From Eledone cirrhosa (taxonomy: Eukaryota), in NCBI GenBank assembly GCA_964016885.1, contig OZ024746.1:56978001-57042000 (forward strand): a stretch of 64,000 nt of DNA. Reading direction: 5' to 3'. Both the position numbers and the translations under genes were made by a program. Within the stretch, counting starts at the first letter, position 1. Each line of letters begins with the position of its first letter. A model generated the notes under the pieces. That model ran no database searches. It had not been told where the DNA came from and saw only the letters and a program-made list of their open reading frames with translations. This document shows positions 56,345-64,000 of this stretch, in pieces.

Positions 56345-57639
56345 TATGTGATATGTGATATGGGATGTGTCACTGCCAAGGCGCGCAGTCAAATGATTAT
56401 AATGTTCGGTGTCTGATTGTAAGCCGTGTTTTCTTGAGTAATATACTTCATTTCGCGTTGCTCAGAAGAAAATAAGTTTCGGCACCACGAAAATGTTGAT
56501 TACACCTACCCCCCAGAGGGAAGAAATATATTCTTAACTGATTAACAGCAACGAAACTGTGATACCCATTGGTAAGATATGCATCTAGGCTAACAATTGA
56601 ATATATACCATGTCAGTAGTGAGTCCGATTAACATTGACTCAATATTTGCACCGGCACGCTGCAATTCAACTACGCTCAACTTTACGTTTCATAATTTAA
56701 AGGTCGATTAATAAAGTATCAGTCCTGTAATGAGTCTGTTTTTTATCTCTATCTCTCTTTCGCCCTGAATCTTCCTATCTTTCTCTCTCGTTGTTTTCAT
56801 TTTTTTTATATATGGAAAACATAAGTGGCGCTTAGTTAGACCTGATACCCTGTCATCAGTTGGTAAGGTCATTTTTTGTAACGAACATCTTTTGATTGCT
56901 CTTTTCTAGAGACTTAATAGAGACATACTCGATATTAATAAAAGGAAAAAATTAATCGACCCAGCTCTCTATTAACTTTGCACTTTTATGCACTGAAATA
57001 AAGGTAATTATTATTATATGCGTAAAAAATTATCTCTTAATATTCATTGACACACTCTCAAAGGACCAAATCCACAAATCACCTTATTTTACATCCCCCA
57101 CAGCAAATACACTCTGCCAATCCGAGCTTTCATTCAGCAATTGATTAAGTAATGTGGTTGCAAATAATTCACTCATATCTCCTACTTGGGATTGCATTAC
57201 CTCCAATCAATTAACCACTTGCCTTTTGAAAGCTAAATTCTATTGTGCTAAAGACCATCCAGATATTAAATTGTCCCTAGGACTTAGACCGGCGTCATCA
57301 AGGAATCATTTCCATTCGTTTTTATCAATTTCTTAATTCATAAAAAAAATAACACGAAATAAATTACACCACAAGCCTCTCCGCATTTCCTTTTAACAGA
57401 AAGAAAAAGGATCAGTAACGTTCACAATTCAATTGTTGACTCGAGGCGATACCATTCTATTCAAATCCATGAGGCATATTTCACTTAAAACGTTCAATAC
57501 CACATTTTGGGAAAGATATCCAGTTAATAACGTTCAGATGAATTGAATATAATCGAGGATTTGATGGTAGTTAGTCACAAAGCTATCATTATCATTATAT
57601 ATTTCGTGTCGAAAGCGGGTTTTTTTTTTGGGGGGGGGG

Positions 57640-58405
57640 GGTTAGAGTATTTGGCGTTGGATAAAATGCTTTGAGGAATTTGTTCGGTTCTGAAGTCAAA
57701 TATCGCCGTGGGTAACTTTGCCTTTCGTCATTTAAGGAGCAACAAAACTACCGGGCAAGTACTGGAGTTGACATAAACGATTTTCACTTCCAAATAATTG
57801 TTTCACTTTTTGGCACAGGCCAGCAAATACACAGTGCATTACTGGTACTTTATGCTATCGACCCCGTAAGGATGAAAGGCAAATTTAACCTCGGCGGGAT
57901 TTGAACTCAGAATGGAAAGGGCCATAACTCTATTCGTCAAAGCATGGCGTCCGACCATCTACCGATACTGCCAAATATTACTCGTCTTGCACCTAAGTAA
58001 GAAACCGTTATTTATCTAAGATTTAAGGCTGTGGATTGGCAGTATCGGTAGAGCATCGGACAACTTGCTTTATGGCATAGAATTACGGCTCTTTACGATG
58101 TTCAAATCCTGTCGAGGTTAATTTTGCCTTTCATCCTTACGGGGTCGATAAAATAAAGTACTAGTAACGTACTGGGGGTCGGTTTAATCGATGTTCCCAT
58201 TCCCCAAATGTATTGGCCTTCTGTTTAAATCTGGCAGTATCGGTAGAGTGTCTGACACCAAGCTTTCCAGCATAGTTACGTCCCTTTACGGTCTGAATTC
58301 AAATGACTTCGAGGTTAACTTTGACTTTCAACCTTACGGGGTCGATAACATAAAGTACCAGTAATGTACTGGGTATTTGCTGGCCTTGTGCCAAAAGAAG
58401 AATCA
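57640..58405. mobile_element. Cluster of four copies of the tRNA-derived SINE (57640+, 57810-57975 -, 58035+, 58230+)
   Basis: Repeated ggcagtatcggtagag..gttcaaat..gaggttaactttg..ggggtcgataa..aagtac. Confidence 0.8.
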
Positions 58406-58549
58406 ATTAGTAATCTGAGGTTTGAATTAATCATAATAAAGATTTTTGTGTTTTGTATGATATGAAGGGATTATTTCAGGCGGATTTGCTTTATATACAT
58501 TACGCGAGAGACAATTTAAGAGGAAAACATTAAAAACAAAAAATTATAT

Positions 58550-58925
58550 GATCAGTATTTCCCTTGGTGGGGACAGTTGCAAGACGTTCATACCTTGGTT
58601 CATCTTTAAGACTCTCCCTCACCCTTGTAAATTCAGCGCAACCTGGTGCAGTCTGCGACTAATCCAGGTTCTGCTGCACGTCGGGATGACGAGGCCAAAC
58701 TCTTCAAATACCAGTCGCTCTCCGACACGTTTGCGGTTGTACTCCTGGCAGTGGAGACTTCTGGTGTCCACCCTACTTACCACCATAGGTGCTGAGCTGG
58801 CCAGCTGCAGCTATGCGCTCGCGATCTGGAATGGCTTTTCCAGGGCGTCTCCCTTGCTGTCTTCCGGGGAAACGCCTTCTCCATTCTGTCCGCCGTGGCT
58901 CTGGGGAGGCCACCAATATGATTGA
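58550..58925 (+). pseudogene. 3' fragment of a CRE-like RLE non-LTR retrotransposon
   Basis: Frames not in the ORF track read GSAARRDDEAKLFKYQSLSDTFAVVLLAVETSGV and EWLFQGVSLAVFRGNAFSIL, resembling the E..K..KY / AVET.G / RGNA RLE C-terminus. Confidence 0.6.
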
Positions 58926-59044
58926 CTGACTTGTCATTTTATCAGTCAGATGTACTTATGCTCGCTTGATAAAGCTGGAGCTTCGCCTCCTGAAGTAACA
59001 TCATCAACATAATTGTTCTTGGGGTCTCAACACGTTTTCTATAG

Positions 59045-59204
59045 GTTCTTGATAACACCATGATGCCTAATTTTGTTCCTTTTCTAGAGAAGTCAGTACT
59101 AGTTGTATGTAAAATTTTCTTGGAACTGTCTGATTCCAGTTTACATAAGAAGATATGGAATGAATGTCTGCAAGATTTCACAGCTCTAGCCTCACTCTTT
59201 CAGG
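59045..59204 (+). CDS. Possible isolated host exon (unknown protein)
   Basis: ttttctatag acceptor, 160 nt open frame (VLDNTMMPNFVPFLEKSVLVVCKIFLELSDSSLHKKIWNECLQDFTALASLFQ), G|gttagt donor. No homology recognised. Confidence 0.25.
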
Positions 59205-59209
59205 GTTAG

Positions 59210-59237
59210 TCTATGAACTTTTCAGCCTGACCTCGTA
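59210..59237 (-). mobile_element. Possible solitary Tc1/mariner terminal inverted repeat
   Basis: Minus strand reads TA-cgaggtcaggctgaaaagttcatag. No partner TIR seen. Confidence 0.35.
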
Positions 59238-59243
59238 TATATG

Positions 59244-59276
<33 letters not shown>

Positions 59277-60112
59277 TTGTGAGAGAGAGAGAGTGTGTGA
59301 ATATGTGAGTGTGTGTTGTGTTTGTTTGTTTGAATGTTTGCGTGGGTATAGGCATAAGTATATATATATATATAGAGAGAGAGATAGATATATATATATA
59401 TATATATGCATGTGTGTGTGTTTGTGTGTGCGTGTGTTTGTGTGAGTGTGTGTATGTGTGTGTGTGTGTGTGTTTGTGTGTGTGTTTGTGTGTGTGTGTG
59501 TTTAAATGAGAGCATATATACGTATATGTATATACATATGAGTACATTATACACATATTTATATGTATATTATATGTATATATCAATACACATAAATATA
59601 TGCATAAATATATATGTATGTAGGTATGTATATAAGCATATGTCTAACTTTGTGCCTTTGTGGAATATATGGCGTGATTTGCTTATTTTAACTTTGATAC
59701 TGTGGTAGTCTGTCTATAACACTAATCGATTTTGACAAAATAAGAGGAAGAAAAAATTGATGTCTATGAAAATCTTTGAAATTCTTTACTTCAAAGCATA
59801 TTGCAATGTTTTGCGTTCAGGTAGAATTTGAAAGGTACTTTAGAAGTCTTTGAATTATGGGTTTAGTCGAGAAACTGTCTAAATACATAAGACATAATAA
59901 CAACGTCAATATTGGTCTGATATGTGAGTGAAAACTCTTCGTTCTGCGGAAATCTCTTATTCTTTACCTATAAAAGTGAAGTCTTCGCGTTTCCATATGT
60001 GAAGATATTTCTAGATCTGGTAAATGTAATATTTATGTTTCTATTGCTCTCTAACCACCAATGGAATATTATGACTATATAATTATGGCTATGTATCTCA
60101 CTCCCCCCCCCA

Positions 60113-60168
<56 letters not shown>

Positions 60169-60540
60169 TATCTATCTCTCTATCTCTCTATCTATCTATC
60201 TGTATATATATCTTTCTCTCTCTATGCCTCTCTCTCTATCCCTCTCTCTATCTCTATCTCTATCTCTCTATATCTCTCTCTATTTCTCCGTCTCTCTTAT
60301 TTTTCTCAATATCTTCGTATCAATGATATACTACTATACTTAATCATCTATTTATCTATTTATATGTCTATACTATATCTCTCTCATTTCTTTCTCTCTC
60401 TCTCTTTATATATATACATAGATATAAACAGACAGATAGGCACACACAAACTCACACACACAAACACGCACACACACATATACACATATACATATATGTA
60501 GATATGTACATATATATATACATATATATATATGTATGTA

Positions 60541-60571
<31 letters not shown>

Positions 60572-60580
60572 GTATATATG

Positions 60581-60618
<38 letters not shown>

Positions 60619-60699
60619 ACGAAGGAAATGTGGTAAGGAACCAGGTGGACCATAACGCACAAAAGTACTCAATACTTGAGGTAGTAGAGTGGGTATATA

Positions 60700-61272
60700 T
60701 ATAAAATATTAAAAAAATAATGAATAAAACAATGAAACAGTTCCTTATATTAAACAAAAAAAGTTCATTATTTAACGATCGTTTCTAGGATATATATGTG
60801 TTAGAATTGGCATGCATATTCAACAGATCAAATGTACAAAATTATACAAAATTATACAAACTATCAAAATTAAATATACATACCAACACATATATATGCC
60901 GTCTTCAGAAAGAAGACGGCATATATATGTGTTTCTGAAGACGGCATATATATGTGTTGGTATGTATATTTAATTTTGATAGTTTGTATAATTTTGTATA
61001 ATTTTGTACATAGATCTGTTGAATATGCATGCCAATTCTAACACATATATATCCTAGAAACGATCGTTAAATAATGAACTTTTTTTGTTTAATATAAGGA
61101 ACTGTTTCATTGTTTTATTCATTATTTTTTTAATATTTTATCTTGACTCTGTATTCCGTTTATCTTTCACCGAAAGTGATATTTCATTGCATCTCTTCTT
61201 TCCATGATATCCGGATTACATTGAGTTCTTCATACGGATTGGACACTACCGTAAACTCTTGGTAGATTTATC

Positions 61273-61277
<5 letters not shown>
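60700..61277 (+). mobile_element. Mini fold-back of the family B terminus with two extended-helix-II hammerhead candidates
   Basis: Arms 60700-60911 / 60932-61141. Tail 61141-61277 is the reverse complement of 15343-15478. CUGAAGA at 60935, GAAACGAUCGUU at 61057. Confidence 0.85.
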
Positions 61278-61314
<37 letters not shown>

Positions 61315-61315
<1 letters not shown>

Positions 61316-63635
61316 CGGCGATGAATTAGTTTTGCGAGGTTTTTTATATGAAATCGTGGGTCGAAGCAAATATTGTTATACTTGGGGAGGGTCATATTTA
61401 TGTAATATTGCCAGAATTAATAACAGAACACACTCACTGTTTGGTTGGTTTTCGCTTTTCGCTTCTGTGTCTTTTATATCGGTAATCTAATTTATTCGGT
61501 CCTCAATGTTGCCAATGACTGACCAACGGTCAAAAATAATACAGATACAATATAGACACAAACACATATATATAGTTTATCAAAGTTCTTTCGTTGCACA
61601 TCTGCAACATCGTCAGTGGTGCTATTGTTTCCTCCCGTTACATTGTATGTCTACGCCATCTTTATTTAGTCTGTTTATATATTTATTTATTATTTTATTT
61701 TTTATTTTTTATTTTGTTTGTCTTCTTTGCACATGTCTTTGAGTGTGTGTATAGTGTTTTATTTGATGGGTCTTCTTGATTGGGTGACTGTGTATTGGCT
61801 AATGTATTCTCTCTTTACTAGTGTGTGTTTATATGTGTTTGTTCTAATTGTGCTTGTGTACGTATTTATTTATTTATATATTTATTTATTTATTTATACC
61901 TCTCTTAGGTCAGTGTTGTTTGTTTGCGTGTTTTTATTCCATTCATTCTTTCTGTTTAGTCTTGGTCTTCTAAGTTCTATTTCACTGGCCTCTCTGATTT
62001 GCCTATCTGCTGGCTCATTTCTATGTTTAGATATTATTCTAATTTCTATGTTGTCTATGTTACCGTCGTGTTGTTGTCTGGCATGTTCGTATAGTACTGA
62101 CCTGTTTTTTCGTCCTTTTAGTTCCCCCCAGTGTTGGCCTATCCTTTCACCTATGCTACGAGCTGTCTCGCCTATGTATGTTATTGTCATGTTTCTGCAA
62201 GTACCCTCTGTACATATTATGCTATAGACTACGTTTCTACTTTTACAGTTTATCCGGGGGTTTACATTACATATGATACATTTCCTATTAGTACAGTGGG
62301 TTTTCTTAAAAGGGTAGGTTTTGCTGATCAGGGATTTTATGGTGGTTCCTGGCTTTTCTACCACCTTAATCTTTAAGTTGGTCTTTCTCAGGGCCTTTCT
62401 ACACTGGTTAGCTAATTTCCCTCCAGGGGTACCGTCCACAAACATGACACTCTGGTATCTCTGGTTGTCGTACCATGAGGTGGCTTTCCCTATCTTATGT
62501 CTAGCCCTATCTTAGCTATTCCATGATTTGCTCCTGTATAATGGGCAAATTCCTTTCATGTCCAGTTCTATGAGGGTCTTATACTTCTCCATGGCTCCTT
62601 CGTATACTCTGACTCTGTCTCTTTGGTTGTAGCCAGAGAACTACATGCAGTTGATGAAGTGTTGAATGTGTCTTTCCATTTCTGTTGGGTCGCACATGCG
62701 GGAGACATTCTTCATCACTCTTACAAAATCTGCGATCAGAATATTAAACTTAGCACTACTGGACATTGCTGAGTTTTTGAGTATCAGGTATTTGGAGGCC
62801 ATGGGTTTGGCATAGTGTGAGTGGAGAATTTGGGCTCTCTCGTCTATAGTGTTAAGCCAGAGTTACGTGTCTAATACAGGTAATCTATTGTTAGGGTGTT
62901 TGGAAGGGTAGTCGAGAGTTACAGTTATACTCTGGTATATGGAATTAGCTATCTGATGGATGCTTTCCATTGTGCTACGTACTAAATCAAACTTGTTAGT
63001 GCTCTCTAGTGGGGATGTTCTAATAACTATATTGATATCGTCTACGTAACGAGAGTACATGATGAGGTCTATGGAGCTCTCATTAAGGAGATCTTTAAGT
63101 CGCCTTTCCCACCATACCATAAACAGGTTGGCAACATCACCAGCTATGCTGACGCCAATGGCTGCTCCATCATTTTGGGTGTAGATCTTCTCGTTGAACT
63201 GGAATATGTGGCCCTTTAGGGTAGTTTTGATACTAGCCCCTATTGCATGAGTGAACATTTTTCTTAAATAATCATTGTTTTGGGGGGTTTGTATAGCTTT
63301 GGTCCACCCAATCCACCTTCCCATGTTAGTCTTTTTTGCCATTGAGGTTATGGTGGGGGGTCTACCTCTTATGGGTCTAGTGGGGCAGAAACGTCTAAGG
63401 TCATGGCTGTCTAGGTAGTCAGTGTCGTAGGTAAGTCTAAGTAGGAGGCCCAGTTCGTCTGTGTCGACCTCCCTCTCAATGATCATCTCCACACATTTTT
63501 CCACAGCAAAATCAATGTTAATGGATATGTACAGTGATACCACATCCATGCTGCTTATTGTGCAGTTGGATAGGTTCCTGTTTTTGTAGCACTCACTGAT
63601 TCTGCTGAGGAGGTCCTCTGTACTGTCACATACAT
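61315..63635 (-). mobile_element. Penelope-like element (RT and GIY-YIG), 5'-truncated, with stops
   Basis: SMDVVSLY, GAAIGVSIAGDVANLFM, YSRYVDD, LPVLDT; GIY-YIG region NVVYSIIC..TYIGETARSIGERIGQH..RQIREA. Confidence 0.88.
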
Positions 63636-64000
63636 CTAGCTAATTCCATACACCAGAGTATAACTGTAACTATCGACTACCCTTCAAACCACCCTAACAA
63701 TAGACTACCTGTATTAGACACGGAACTCTGGATTAACACTATAGACGAGAAAGACCAAATTCTCCACTCACACTATGCTAAACCCATGGCCTCCAAATAC
63801 CTGATACTCAAAAACTCAGCAATGTCTAGTAGTGCTAAGTTTAATATTCTGATCGCAGATTTGGTACGAGTGATTAAGAATGTCTCCCACATGTGCAACC
63901 CAACAGAAATGGAAAGACACATCCAATACTTCATCAACCGCATGCAGTTCTCTGGCTACAACCAAAGAGACTGAGTCAGAGTATACGAAGGAGCCATGGA
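63636..64000 (+). mobile_element. Inverted copy of the same Penelope-like element (runs off the window)
   Basis: 63638-64000 is the slightly diverged reverse complement of ~62590-62950. Confidence 0.88.

Overview
An AT-rich eukaryotic window that is almost all repeats. The dense (TA)n/(CA)n/(CT)n tracts and the tRNA-derived SINE style suggest a cephalopod (octopus-like) genome; this is inference. No host gene is confidently identified, only one weak candidate exon. Contents: a 5'-truncated CR1/L2-like LINE; three R4/Dong-type RLE retrotransposons ending in (TAA)n, one with an uninterrupted 1082-aa ORF; a near full-length Tx1/L1-type element inserted antisense in a (TAA)n tract; decayed RTE-, R4- and CRE-like fragments; several SINEs; and at least five Penelope-like (RT and/or GIY-YIG) remnants. 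The most striking hidden structure is non-coding. About 20 type-I hammerhead-ribozyme-like motifs from several unrelated repeat families sit in the termini of Penelope-like elements that are repeatedly arranged as inverted fold-backs of 0.3-4.5 kb. They include U3-A8 compensatory core variants, a recurrent CCGANGA variant and ~95-115 nt extended helix II forms. All folds were read by eye and none has been tested for activity. Most ORFs in the supplied track are microsatellite or antisense artefacts.
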